Source: Girardia tigrina
Taxonomy: Eukaryota
NCBI GenBank assembly: GCA_001938485.1
Contig: MQRK01178631.1
Span: forward strand, 6,518 to 62,396
DNA length: 55,879 nt
Reading direction: 5' to 3'
The notes under the pieces were generated by a model, which worked only from the letters and a program-made list of their open reading frames with translations, was not told the DNA's origin and ran no database searches. A program made the translations under genes and the position numbers. The stretch's first letter is position 1. Each line of letters begins with the position of its first letter. Of this stretch, positions 10,871 to 25,226 are shown piece after piece.

Positions 10871-12464
10871 TGCAATTATTTTTTAAGTTATATGATTTAA
10901 TCCGAATATTTATATTTTAATAATTTCCTATCAGAAATTAAATAGTAAATATTAATTACTCATTTTAATATAGTACATTTAAAATTAGCGGTTTAATCTT
11001 TAGCAAATGTGCATTTTATCCATAATTCATGCATAAGGAATTTAATTAACCTTTTTCTCAAAAAACGATTCTATATTAAATTTATATTATTCTTAACAAA
11101 ATTGTCTATATTTTCTACGGGAACCATATTTCATTTAAAATCTTTTCAAGATAAAATGCTAGGGTTGGTAAGTGCTACAAGTTTTTTTATTCGTTTCATT
11201 GTATACTCTTAGTGACGCTGCATCATAAAGCCAATAAAAAAGGCAATCAAAAAAATTTTGAAATTTTTGGCAATTTTATTTAAAATTAAATTTCTTTTAC
11301 GTCTTAGTACATTTTTTATTTTTTTTGTAGATTGAAGAAATAAAAGCTTTTTGATTATAAAAAATATATTTTGACGTGATGGATTTTAAATAGAAATTTG
11401 AAATTTTTATATATTTGGCTTTATAAATTATGTCCTCAAAATTGTGGTTCATAATTATCATACATTGATCTAGACTGAAGTTTTCTATCATTTACGAGTC
11501 CTTTCAAGTGGTATTTGTGTTGTCTCTTCAAAATAGATGACACTTGATATAATTGGATCGATATTATCACAGAATGATGTATGTTGTAGAGAAAGAGTGA
11601 TTGCATACGGATTCCACAAAGTGAATAAACATGACTGGGATATTATATTACGAGAAAGGAACTGCTGGCAATGTACTACTTTGCACAACACATCGTATAC
11701 GACAAGAATTTTTTAATAAGAAGGGATCAAAAAACCGTTACTTTTATGATTATTAAGAACATTCAGACAAATCTCGTTCGAATTTTTATTGCAATCACAT
11801 TTAGAGTCATTATGACTCTCAGAAAGTCTTCAATCGTTTGTCATATATCTAATTGGTTTTCTTATTTCTCTTTTTAATCATGATTATTCGAAGAATTTTT
11901 CTAAGTCATTTTTTAAAATATTCAACTTATAAAAATTATTAATTAAAAATAATAATTTTTACCATTTCTCAATAAATCCCAAAATAATAAAAATGTCATC
12001 AAATTATTAAAAATGCATTTAATTTAAATTTTACTAAAAAATATTAAACTTAATTTTAATTGTTAAATTGAAAATATGAACTTATAAAATGATTTTAATT
12101 ATGTTCGAATAGTCAATCACTTTAAATTTAAATAAAAAAATACCAATTTCCATCTGGGTGGGAAAATCACCATTCTAAATTCAACATACTTAAATCAATT
12201 TACAGTATCAATACATTTACACATTCAAACAATTTAAAATATTCCTCACAATGATGATAAAAAACTAAATAACTGTACGATTTCAAACTTGGATAAATTT
12301 CTTTAGTGAGTAGGATACGATAAAAAAATACCAGAAAGATGAAAAGCACTCTAAAGGCAATGCAATGTCAAAAAACTTTTAAAAAGAAAGTTTTTAAAGT
12401 GAAAAAATATTATTTTGATAATGTTAATTGAATTGCTTTATTTCTATTACACAAAAAGATCATT

Positions 12465-12990
12465 GTAATAAAGTTCCTCTTAACTGCCACCATCTATTAA
12501 CGTCCAAATATTCTGAATTTTGTCAATTTCACATAGAAAGTTTCTATCAGCCACCAATTTCTGTTAATTACCATTTTAAAAAATTCTAAAGTAGGGCCCA
12601 GTACAGCATTAAGACTTCTCCCTCGGAGCTCGTTGAATGATGATGGTATGTGTGAGATTGATGTGGTGACAATTGATGAAACCATTGATCCCGGATCGAG
12701 ACACCTCCGAAACATCCAGATTTTAAAGTTTTTGTGATTTTTAAATGATTGTAAAGTTCCTCTTAACCACCAGTTTTTTTAAAAAATGGCGATCAACATA
12801 AATTGGTGGCTGATAGGAACTTCCCATTTGAAATTGAGATAAATCTGAAGTTTTGGCGGTTAATAACGACTTGTATGGTTTTCAGTCGATTTCGTCGGCT
12901 TCCCGGCATCTTTATTTTGTTCCTTAGTTTCTTAACTGCCAAATTTTTGTCAGGTCCCGTTTCGGACGGTTACGAGGAACATTACTGTAT
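12465..12990. mobile_element. pogo/Tigger-like MITE
   Basis: Terminal inverted repeats TAAAGTTCCTCTTAAC and GTTACGAGGAACATTACTG-TA, plus an internal second left-TIR copy at ~12751. Confidence 0.55.
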
Positions 12991-13469
12991 ATTCTAATTG
13001 TTATCAAAAGATCAACCGTCATCATCAGATTAATATAACAGTGATATATTTGAATTTAGATCATCAAAATGTAAGTGATGTTGATTGTCTTCCATTTATG
13101 TTTTGTTATATCTGTTTATAATAGTCAAAAGTAGGTAATGATAAAATTGTGACACAAAATAAAAACTTAAATAATTTATGGAGAATTTTCGGTGTATATA
13201 AAAATATAATTAAAAAAATCATTTATCAATAAAGAAATAGTTATGTTAAAATTTGATCAAAAGTATATCATTATAATGCTATTTAATAATTATCAATTTA
13301 AATCAAAGATCGAAAATATCTTTAGATATTATTATTATTCAATTTCTCACATACTTAATAAATTAAATTTTGATCATTTCAAAAGCGAATTAAATATACA
13401 ACCCATAACAAAAAAATAAAAAACAAGATAGATAATAATTATTATTATATTATTGGTTTTATTTTTACT

Positions 13470-13670
13470 GTTACCTACATTGAGGGAATCAGAAAATGAA
13501 AAAATATAATATTAAACATAATAAAAAATATTTAATTTTAAAAATGTGTCTAGATCAGGTAAGATTGAAAGTTTGTTAAGTGGTAATTATATCACTCCAA
13601 CTGGCTTATGATCCAATTCAGTTTATCCGTATCAATGTCATGAGTATGACGCCCCGTACATCGGAGAGAT
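13470..13670 (+). mobile_element. Penelope-like GIY-YIG fragment
   Basis: KIESLLS...TPTGL*SNSVYPYQCHEYDAPYIGE parallels SNLVYQFLCNGYNATYIGET of ORF 33975-34487. Confidence 0.6.
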
Positions 13671-14431
13671 TTTTTTTGATCTCTATAAAAGGATTCAGGA
13701 ATAAAATCAAAAAGAAAGTGATAGTAAAATTGCTAAACATAAAAAATATTTTAAATACTGAAGTTGAGTAATTACTTATATTATAAGTAATTTTAATATT
13801 TCGTATTCAAAATTGAATAATTACTGGGAGAGAGTAATGTTTGAAGCATTGATGATTAAATCCTTTGATAATAAAATCAATATCTTTTTCAACTTTATTG
13901 AGAGTATTTTTATTTAGTAATAGCATAATGAATACATAAACTGTAATTTTGTATATAAATTTCCACATATAATTATTAATTTAGTCTGGTGATGATAATT
14001 GATCCGTCGAAATTAATTATAATATAATATGTTGATTCTTTATGTTGTTTTAGTAATAATTTATCATCATTTCTCGAATGTTTGTATGAATTTCCTTTAT
14101 ATATTCATTTTCTTTAATTGTATGACTTTTCAATATTAATAATATCTTTATTTATTACAATAGTTTACCTTAACCTATACTGATGCTACCTATTCTATCT
14201 ACTATGTGTCAACGCCTATATTATGGCTCTCTTTTTTGATCTTTGAAATTCATTCTCTTTATAACAATTCTCGGACAAAAAATAATTATTTGTCTTGATT
14301 TCTTTATCTCGTTTGGTTCATCAATAGAAGCATAGAATATAATTAATTTTTTATTCTGTTTATTAACTAAAAATTATTTGAAAAAACAAAAACTAATTGT
14401 TGTTTATAAAGTAATACGTAAATAATGACTA

Positions 14432-14500
14432 CAGTGGAAACTCTTTATCATCACACTTTTAAGTAGTTTCTTTAAGTGTGACTATATTGAGGTTCCATGG
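14432..14500. mobile_element. 69-bp Tigger/pogo-like MITE
   Basis: TA|CAGTGGAAACTC ... GAGGTTCCATGG|TA, with internal TCACACTT/AAGTGTGA symmetry. Confidence 0.6.
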
Positions 14501-15538
14501 TATTAATTGTTAAAATTACATGCACATCGTCTCAGCAATTAGTTTTGAAAATTATTTTCAGAATTTATGTGGACATTTTATCAGATGCCGCACAAAAAAA
14601 TCTAGAAAGACAATAAAATGTATCAAGAAAATACTTCTTCATAAAAATAACAGTCTCTCTTATATTTTAACTTGTTAAAATTAGGAAAACGTGGCAAACT
14701 TCCGTATTTCTAGCCAACATAATTATAATACAATTATAAAAATCTTTTTAACTCTAAATTTAAAATAGAAAGTTTAAAAATCTATTTGAACAAAAATTTA
14801 CAAATCATTCGAGGTTTATACACTAGAAACCTTAATAATTTAGAATGTGATATCTGAAATAAATTGCTACAAAAATTAAAGATTCTTAATGGTTTTTTAT
14901 ACATTAATGTAAAAAAACAATTAAAAAGGATATCTTTTGTAAAAAAATTAAAATTTATAATATTTATTCCAAAGAATAAAAAAATAGGTAAGATAATATA
15001 ATTTATACCAATAAAACTTAAATGAATATTATCTTTTTTTAGTAAAATGAAAATAATTCAATATTGTAAAATTTCAACTGAAAAAATAACTTAAAAACTT
15101 TTTTAATAAATAAATTATCCAACAAAATCTTTTTCTAATCAAACAAACAAAAATCTCAGTATTAAAATCAACAAACCTCCCACAATGAAAAAAAAATCTT
15201 ATTATTAAATTCTCAATATCAATAATTTAACAATAAAAAAATCATAAATAAAATAAATTTGTTTATATAATAAAATTTGTAAATCGAATAATAATTAATT
15301 AACGGACAAGAATTGTAAAAAAACAAGCACATAAAAAACGTATGTGTATTTCTTTATTTCCTTTAAATTTAAAACAACAAACATTTTAACCGCATTTTTC
15401 AAAATCGATTAAATATTAATTCAAAATAACTAACAAAATTTTCTCGGGTTTTTGGTTTCGATTTTTTACGAATTGAAACAAAAATTTTATTTTTTCCGAA
15501 ACCGATGTTTTACGATTCTCATTGCCCAATCGATTTAG

Positions 15539-18500
15539 ATGTCTGATAATCGTTATTATGATGAAGTCGGAAATCGGAAACTGACAACAAACAATCGAAA
15601 AACTTCAAAGTAAATCGAATATTTTTTGACGGGTTTTAGATTTTTATCGCTATTTCATCAGCTATCAGCAAATCGCTAATCGATCCTCATCGTTATATTC
15701 GGAGATCATGAAAAACGTCAATCGATCTCCGAATTCTCAATCGGGATCGAATTATCGACCGGAATCATCGGTGTCGATGGAGTTCCTCGACATCCCGCTT
15801 CCCAGAGATTCGCCGGACGCGAAAATCGCGGCGAAAAACGGTCGAAAACGCCCCTACAAACCGTCCAATCGAATCGACGACGACAAATCGATCAATTCCA
15901 AGAAGAAACCGATCGTCAGTAATGATAATGTGCCGGTGGTCGGTGGGGCGGCGACTCCGGTCGTCGGCCGGGTCGAGAACGCGATTCGGCTGCCGAGTAT
16001 CTGCGGAACGCGCTCGAAAAATCGATTCGGATCGACGTGGGGCGAGCGGTCGGTGAAGTCATTCAAAATCCTGGCGGAGGTGGGCGAGGGCACGTACGGC
16101 CACGTGTTCAAGGCCGTCGAGAGGCGGACGGGCGCCATGAGAGCTCTGAAGAAGATCCGATTGGAGAACGAGAGGGAAGGGTTCCCGATCACGACCGTGC
16201 GCGAGATCAAGATTCTCCAGCAACTGGCGCATCCGAATATCGTGAGGTTGAGTGAAGTCGTGACCGATTGTGATTTGCGGGCCGGTGTCAACAACGACAA
16301 TGGCTTCTATCTCGTGTTCGAGTACATGGACCACGATTTGTTCGGCATTCTCGACTCGGGCATCTCCTTGTCCGATATGCAGGTGGCGTCCATTATGAAG
16401 CAGATCATCGACGGGCTGTGTTATTGTCACAAGAGAATGTTTCTGCATCGCGACATCAAGTGCTCGAATATTCTCGTTAATAATCGGTAATTTTTTGGTT
16501 TATTTATTGATTATTTTAAAGGGAATATTATCATTATGATATATCACAGAGGCGTTTTTGATTTTAATTGTCAATTGTGCCATTGGACGTTTAAATTTAG
16601 GACTGTATTTTGGTACTTTCACGCGCGTGTTAGATATTCGTTTTTGCACATTATCTTCATTTAAGTGACTCAAATGTCTCTCTTGTTTCGGCTTAATTAC
16701 ACATTTGATACTGCTATTTTTAATAATTTCTTATATTTTAAAAAAATATCGATTTTTTTTAAATTATCAAAATTGAATAATAAATAAATTTTATTAAGAG
16801 AAAAAATATTTTAAAATTATCAATTGTTATATAACATAATATTTAAAAATTCCAAAAATATATTTCAGAAATAAATTAAAATATATTATTTAAAAATTAT
16901 CAAATTTTTACTGTAAGAAAATAATAATTTATTAAATTTTTTTAAATTTAAAAAATAGCATTATTTAAATAAAGACTTATAAAACATTATCTTCGTATAA
17001 TTTTTTAAATTGTCTCTGTTCTTTCAATCAATATAAAACATTTGATTCTGTTATTTTTTAATTAATTTAAAAAATATTTAATAAATTATTTTAATTAATT
17101 TATTAAAAATGTTTTATAATTTGGAAATAAAATATCGATTTTTTAAATTATCAAAATTGAATAATAAATAAATTTTATTAAGAGAAAATTGATTTAATTC
17201 CGAGAAAAAATATTTTAAAATTATCAAATGTTATATAACATAATATTTAAAAATTCCAAAAACATATTTCAGAAATAAATTAAAATATATTATTTAAAAA
17301 TTATCAAATTTTTACTGTAAGAAAATAATAATTTATTAATTTTTTTTAAATTTAAAAAATAGCATTATTTAAATAAAGACTTATAAAACATTATCTTCGT
17401 ATAATTTTTTAAATTGTCTCTGTTCTTTCAATCAATATAAAACATTTGATTCTGTTATTNNNNNNNNNNNNNNNNNNNNNNNNNNNNNNNNNNNNNNNNN
17501 NNNNNNNNNTTATCAAATGTTATATAACATAATATTTAAAAATTCCAAAAACATATTTCAGAAATAAATTAAAATATATTATTTAAAAATTATCAAATTT
17601 TTACTGTAAGAAAATAATAATTTATTAAATTTTTATAAATTTTTTTTATTATATTTTAAAATTATCTAATGTTATATAACATAATATTTAAAAATTCCAA
17701 AAATATATTTCAGAAATAAATTAAAATATATTATTTAAAAATATTTTTAATTAAAAATTATTAAAAACGTTTTATAATTTGGAAATAAATAAAACATAAT
17801 ATGAATAAACTTTTAAATATTCTTGCTGGTTTTTTTTTCAGTTAATATATGATAATTTAATTATATTTATATTAATTTAAATTATTCGATTTTGAGTATT
17901 TAGAAAAATCGATATTTTATTTTTAAAAGTATAAAAAAGCTTGTATAAAAGTGTGTAAAAATATTTGAAAAATCCTAAAAAAACATTTTGAATTTAATTA
18001 AAATAATTAATACTCTCGAACAAAAAGAATTCTTAGAAACACATTAAAATAATTTATTGAATTATTTAAAAAATTATCAAATTTCATTTTTGGTACCGTA
18101 GCCTTTGGGCCGTGGGTGCACTCAATTATGCTTGGGTTTTGAATATGCATTTGAGAGTCTCAGTAGGCGAGGAACCTGGTGGCGCCTATCTTCTCTTCAG
18201 GTATGGATGGCCGTTGGTTCCAAGGAGCTCATCCGCCCTTTGCTAGGTTTTCTTTTTCATCCTCCTGGTGTCCACACACCTCTTCACCCAAATTGCTCTG
18301 GTTGAGGCAGCCGGTTTAGTCGCCAACCATTCAAATTTTTACTGTAAGAAAATATTTTTTTAAATAATTTATTAACGTTTTTAAATTTAAAAAATAGCAG
18401 ATTTAAATAGACATAGAACACTATCTTCGTATAATTTGTTAAATTGACTCTTCTTTCGATCAATATAAAAATTTGATTCTGTTTTTTTAATTAATTTTAA

Positions 18501-19759
18501 AAATATTTAATAAATTATTTTAATTAATTTATTAAAAACATTCTATAATTTGGAAATAAAATATCGATTTTTCTAAATTATCAAAATCAAATCATTAATA
18601 AATTTTATGGAACGGCTAACGATCTGCGCCCCACAAAAATTTATAATTTATAATTAATCGAAAATTAATTAATTAATAAATAAGTACATAAATCAATTGA
18701 ATAAATAAATTATTAATTAAATGAATAATTAAAAATAGTAATAAATAATTAAATAAATCATTAACTAAATAAATTACTTTTATATTGATGCCAAAAGTCT
18801 TAGAAAAATGCCTGCTATTAATTTGTGTGAAAGAAGACAGATTGAAAGTTGTTCCGTTGAAGACTCCATCACAAGATTTGTGCCGGACAAACAGACAGAT
18901 GAAGCTTGTATAAACGCGTGTAAAAATATTTGTAAAATCCTAAAAAAACATCTAGAATTTAATTAAAATTATTAATACTCTAGAAAAAAAGAATTTATTG
19001 AATTATTTAAAAATTATCAAATTTTTACTGTAAGAAAATATTTTTTAAATTAAATTATAAATAATCTATTAAAAAATAGCAGATTTAAATAAAAACGTAT
19101 AAAATTCTGCTATTTTTTTGAAAAATATTCAATAAAAACGTTCTATAATTTTGAAAATAAAATATCGATTTTTCTAAATACTCAAAATCGAATAATTAAA
19201 ATTAATATAAATATTATTAAATTATCATATATAAACTGGCACGAATATTTAAAAGATTTTTTGAAAAATTACATCAAATAAATATTTTTATAAATTATTA
19301 AAAAATTGTAGAAAATAAATAAATATGTTTTACAAAAACGAATGTCCAATACACGTGTAAATTGTTTTAAATTTCCATTGATTTATACTCTGAAACTGTT
19401 GGGGACCGATAACCAAATACATCCTTACTACCAGCATCGATTGCACCTTTATTCCCGGGATAGGATGAACGGCGATGAGTGTTAACCTTTTTCGGAATCA
19501 GGCGTTCAGAGATACTTCTATTCATTCGGCATTTACCACAATCTGCAAGTTCTTATCATCCGAATTAGACGATCGATCGGATCAGTGTTTGTCTTTCGAA
19601 CAATTAAACCACTTACTTTTGCTTCATCCTATAATAACGGATCAACACGCACAAATAGTCTAAGTCCAATAGAAAAAGAATTTTAGAATGCGTAATAATG
19701 ATTTTTTTAAAATATTTTTGAAAAATTAAATTTGCTTTAATAAAATTCAATATTTTTTG

Positions 19760-19798
<39 letters not shown>

Positions 19799-22700
19799 TC
19801 AACCATTGTAAAGACACTGTCTTCACCGAACAATCACACATTTCGACCTTGGACCCAACGCCTGGATAATAGAAGTTAAATGTCCCTGGGACGCAAATAG
19901 ACAATTCAATGACGCTTACACAAGAGCCTGCGACCATAACCTCGACGTTCAAATGGACCTTATAGAACGTTTCCACAAAACCGAGGTTAGGATCTTCCCC
20001 TTTGTCATCGGATGCCTTGGAAGATGGCATCCGGACAACACTCCCCTACTTCACGCCATTAGATGGTATGACGATGAGGTCAAAACTTACGCCACTAGAG
20101 TTGCAAAACGAAACATCGAAACATGCGCCAAACATTATAGCCGACACCTCTATATTTCTAACGAGGAAATCATCAGAGACGGCACTGCCTAACAAACAAG
20201 CAGTCGAAACCCCCTAGTTGCACCCTGTAAGAGAGTGCAACTCTTCGCCGTGACGAAGCGAAGGTAGAGACGCAAGTCATTATTCGGTTATCAAGACATC
20301 TCTACGAAAGTATATATATATATACTTTTCAATTAATTGAAGTGGCAAACGGGTTAAAAAAATAAAAAAAATCATGAAAAAATCTCAATATAATATGAAA
20401 AATATTTTAAAAATACACGTTTTAAATTCATCTTGCCACTAAGGAAGAAGTTTAAATAACTATGAATAAAAACTTTAGATCTGGAGTCTATTTTGCATAA
20501 AAAATAAATTTTTTTTCAAATTTAATTTATTATATTTAACGTCAATATTAAAACGATAATTTTTCATATTAAATACATTTTTTTCATAATAAATCGATAT
20601 TTTCATGTTAAATACATTGAGAAATTTTCATATTTAAATGACAATTTTTCATATATTTAGTAAATCCTACATAAAATTGACTAATTCATGAATTCGGCAA
20701 TTACACCATTTCTGCAAACTGTTGCCGAATTTACGAATTAGACAATTTTTTTGTCGATTTTATAAATTTGGGAATTACACAAATTACACACACATATATA
20801 TAAATAATTTTATACTTAAATTAATTAAAATATACACATATAATAAATTACTTTGAATGACTTTACTTTTTACTGGTTGTTGTAACCGTTCAACTCGATA
20901 TGGCGTTCGTGGACGGGTAGAGTTGATCGGCGAACCAAGAGCACATCAAATTGCTCATCTTCGTCTGACCCACCGACAATGTCAGATCAGTTGGAATGAC
21001 GATATTGATTATTGTGATACATTGATAAAATAAAAAAATGCAGTCACCATAAAGATCACTACACTATAACACAACTCTTCCCCGGTATGTACAAATTCAA
21101 AAAATATTTTGATAAAAAAGACCAATATTTCTATGAAATTTTGTTATTAGATGTATGAAATTTGTAGAACTGAAGTCAAAGTTTATTGATAGAAATATTT
21201 GTCATTCATCAAATTATGTTCCCATATTATCGACACACTTCTGCCATTTGAGCGGTAACTTATTGAGGCCATTTGAATAAAAATTTGGTGGACGAGAATC
21301 TATAGATTTCTGGAATTGATTTTGTTGCCTATCAAAAAGTTGTTCAAATCGAGGAATAAATGGTAACCAGTTAGGGTGAGTATGGGTCACAGTCCTAAGT
21401 GCTGTATGTGGTTTTGAATTATCGTGGAGCAAGATGGAAGTCGACCTGTTTACCCAACTCGATTCTTTCTTAGAGTTTCCGCATCATATCTTCCAATTCG
21501 TTGTAGGCATCTGGTGTGATCGACAAACCAGGATTCAAGTAGTCATAATGGATTAAACCTGCGACAAGCCACCAAACACTCACCATCAGCTTCTTTTTAT
21601 GAATCTTGTACACGTTATCTCGTTCATAGTTTCTTATTTCATTGAGAATACGATTGTATACTTCCTCATATCATCGTCGTTTCTATGATGCTTAATATCC
21701 TGCAATGAAACAGTCGTAATATTCGTCATTTTTTTACTGAGATATCACAGTGTTATTATATTATTAATTATATATGTATTTATTTGAATAAAACATAATA
21801 TAGATAATATTAAACAAGTAATTAAAATTGTTTCTCTCTCTATATATTATATATCTCCTTTATCTTTGATTGACTTTTTACTATTAATTTCAAGTGAATC
21901 TAATGAAAATTCCGGTCTTATTATAACTAAGAGAATATTGCGGAATTCTTTTCAAAACTTAATTACACTTTAATTTAATTTTCAAGTTTGTAACAGATAA
22001 TTAATTGTTGATTCTCAGAATCAGTAATTTTTACTTGTTATTGTTAATATTCGACCAAACATGATTTTTGTTATCGATCGAGTTTATTTCAACTTCCGTT
22101 TTTAGTTACAAATTGAAAATAACGGATTGTTTTTTTAGAAAAACTAATTCCAGTATTATTTGAATTATTTAAGTGCACCAATTATAAAATATATAAGATT
22201 TCTATAAATACTGTCGTTACATCATTTAATTCTGGACTCATTTCTTTGGAATCTTGTTGTTCTTTTTCTATTAAATAACAATTTTTATTAGCATTATTAT
22301 TTGTAATGTATTAAACAAAATTATTCAAAAATCTTGTCGAATGTGAATGTTCCTAATCCGCATTTTTGGCGTTTAGTGCAAGGGACAACTTTATAAATCC
22401 ATAACACAAAAAAAAATTTTTGAAAATTGTCCAGGGTTTTCCAGCTGAATTGATGCTCTGAGTCTGAAAATGACCTTGGTTTTGCTCAATGAGGTCAGGT
22501 TTTTTGTTACAGAAATTTTAAAAAAATTCGATTTTTCTTAAAGAAAAAATAGTGTGGAGCTGAGAAACCTGAAGATTTTTTCCGTTTTCTTCAAAAAATA
22601 AAAGTCTACATATCCAAATTCCTTCAGTTTTTATTTAGTCCATAAATATACATAATATAAGTATAAAAATGAGCTTTACGTGACACAAAATTTCAGAATT

Positions 22701-25226
22701 CAAGACATAAATCGGCGTTTCTTCGATTCCCGTGTCTGAGCAGCTGCTGGGTTGTCTCTCTTCAGCGACCAGCAGTAGTCCGTCATAATGACTGCGTCGT
22801 ACCTCCCATGGTTCGTCTCCTCCATTTAGCGCATTTAGAACATGAAGTACATCTTTATATTCATCAAACAACTGAGTTTTTGGAAGGCCTCTAGTGTTTC
22901 TGATGAGTCTGGGGTGGTTTGCTGCCTTTGTGTTCCCTTTTTTCTTTATCCGATACTTTTCCATTGTCTGTCGATTCTTCTGATTTATACCCAGTCAATT
23001 CGGGTTGCCGCGAGGAAAATTTTTGGCATTGCTGTTTTTCTGTGTTCCCCAGGAAGTTGTTCACCCCCCTGCACAGACGATTTCCACGCGTGTTCATGGA
23101 GTTTTGGAACTCCACCTAAGAGGTGCAATTAAATTACCCTGTTCGTGGCATCTTTTTCAATTAAATTTTTTTATCATCATTATCTTCATCTTAGCTACCA
23201 AAATTATTTTCATCCAACAAAATATCAATGAGCTACTCACGAATATCTTGATCTTCATCTACCTCATCTTTAGAATCTTCAGATTCTTCATCGCTTTCCT
23301 CAATAACTACATCTTCAACGTCTTCGTGTTCATTCGGATAAAAATTGATTGTGGTTTTCTTGAAGCTATTTTTGATGACAGAATCTGGAACTGAATCCCA
23401 CGACTCTGATATCCATTGACAAATCTCTTCGCATGAAGCTCTCTTCAAATTTCCTGATTTCGTATATTGCTTATAACCATTAATCATCCAATTTTCCCAA
23501 TGACGACGTAAATGAGCTTTAAATGATTTATTGACACTGATATCCAAAACTTGTAATTTTTTGTTAATCAACCTGGAATCATGACCATTAAGGTTCCATT
23601 TGCAACAAATTTCGATTTGACTTCAGCAGTTCGATGTCCAGGAGCAGAAATCTGGCATAAGAAGTGATTTTGGATTAAAAATTGCCATTATTCTTCTCAA
23701 CCATATTTTTTCAAACTACAGAAGAGATTGTTCATTAGCTGATACGATCTTTTTGGTATTGTTTTGCGGCGGAAAATGACATATGCGGGCAATTTATAGC
23801 CATCAGTAGTAAACACATAAGACGACTGTAAATCGAGATTTTTCAGCACCAGTTGTTGCGACGCGAACATCAGAAGAACCTTTTTGGTCAACAGTAAATT
23901 TTGATGGCATATCAAACGTTATAGGAACTTCGTCCATGTTACCAATGTGTTGAAGAGAATATGCTTCTTTGTTTTTTGAAACAAAATCCACAAAATTCAT
24001 CATTTGCTGTTTCCAATCATCATGAAGTTTCTGACTAACTGAACTTGCTGTACGCACGGTATGTCTATTTCTCTTCTTGAAGCTTCTAATCCAAAATGTA
24101 GAACCTTTAAATCTTTAATTATCATTCGTACAACCATCCTCAAGCTTCACTTAAAATTGATGTTCCGGAAACAACATATCCTTCTTTTCTTTGTTTCAGC
24201 ACCTATTCTTTGAATTTTACTTCCAATTCTGGCCATTTATCGATCGAATTCTCTTCACAACTTTTGCTTCCTTATTTCCTTTGGCTTCCATGAGATCCTT
24301 CTAGTTTCATCGTTGAATTTGATTGCGATGAACTTTGAAATGTTCAGCTGCCAATGAATGTGAAGAATTTAGAGCGTAATTAACAGCATCCAGTTTAAAT
24401 TGCAATGTATTGCAATAAGTCTTTCGCTTTGCACTTGACATTTTTAGAGTACCCCGTTTTGTGGTAAATTAAAACTAATTTTCATTTAAAAATAAAATTT
24501 TTAAAAAAGCATAAAAAACATTATTTAAAACATTTTAAATAAAGTTTTTAAAAAAAGCATAAAAAATATTATTAAAAGCATTATTAAAAAATTTTAATTA
24601 AAAATTTAAAAAAAATATAAAAACATATAATAAGATGGCACCTAAAAAGGAAAAACACAAAATTTCAGGGTCTAAAAAAATTTAATAAGGTGGCACTTAA
24701 GTAAGCAGTGGTACCTCATAACCATAAAACAGGGTAAATTAAATTAAATTAAATGTCCTTTATGAGCTGGCGTATCTGTGATTCATTGAAAATACCAGCA
24801 TTTAGTTTCTCAATGGTATTGATTTAACTCCACTTAAGCGGTGCGATTAAATTAAATTAAATTAAAGCGAGGGACTCGATACAGGTAGTTGAAGCTCCTC
24901 CCATTCTTGTACAGAGCATGAGTAAACTGTTTCATGTTTAGCGGAGGGATCAATAACTTCTCTCCGTCAACAAGAAGTTCGTTTATGATATTTCTCGCCC
25001 CAGGTACTAACTGCTCTCGTGCCAACCACTCTTTCCTTAAATAATGCTGGGCTCTGTCTCCACTCTCCAACATACATATAAAGCATGAGTACTTCGTGAA
25101 CCCGGACTGCTGACCAAGTAGAAAGTTCACCATCATTATGTCAACGCAGATCATCTATTGGTTCTGCTCATATTGGATTTTGTCGAGCAAGTACTTCAGT
25201 GATTCAAATTTCTCTTTGAGAGTTGT

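Larger units (their letters stand above)
16740..19210. repeat. Degenerate AT-rich tandem array (~390-410 bp units) in the CDK12 intron, with an assembly gap at 17460-17509
   Basis: AATATCGATTTTT..AAATTATCAAAAT recurs at ~16745, 17131, 18560 and 19160. ATCAAATTTTTACTGTAAGAAAAT recurs six times (copy at ~18077 split by the retroposon). Confidence 0.85.

Noticed and set aside
11200-12020. Cys-rich minus-strand coding remnants (similar remnants at 48700-49630)
   Set aside because: Fragmented frames with no identifiable family.
15854-16448. Overlapping and antisense ORFs over the CDK exon (also 29837-30280, 32990-33385, 2085-2960)
   Set aside because: Shadow ORFs of GC-rich coding DNA with no independent motifs.
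16740-19210. Repeat array as a CRISPR array
   Set aside because: Units are long, degenerate and AT-rich, with no constant repeat/unique spacer periodicity and no cas genes.
22898-22930. CTGATGAG as a hammerhead core (also ~13025, 46864, 54370)
   Set aside because: No stem II followed by GAAA and no NUH site.
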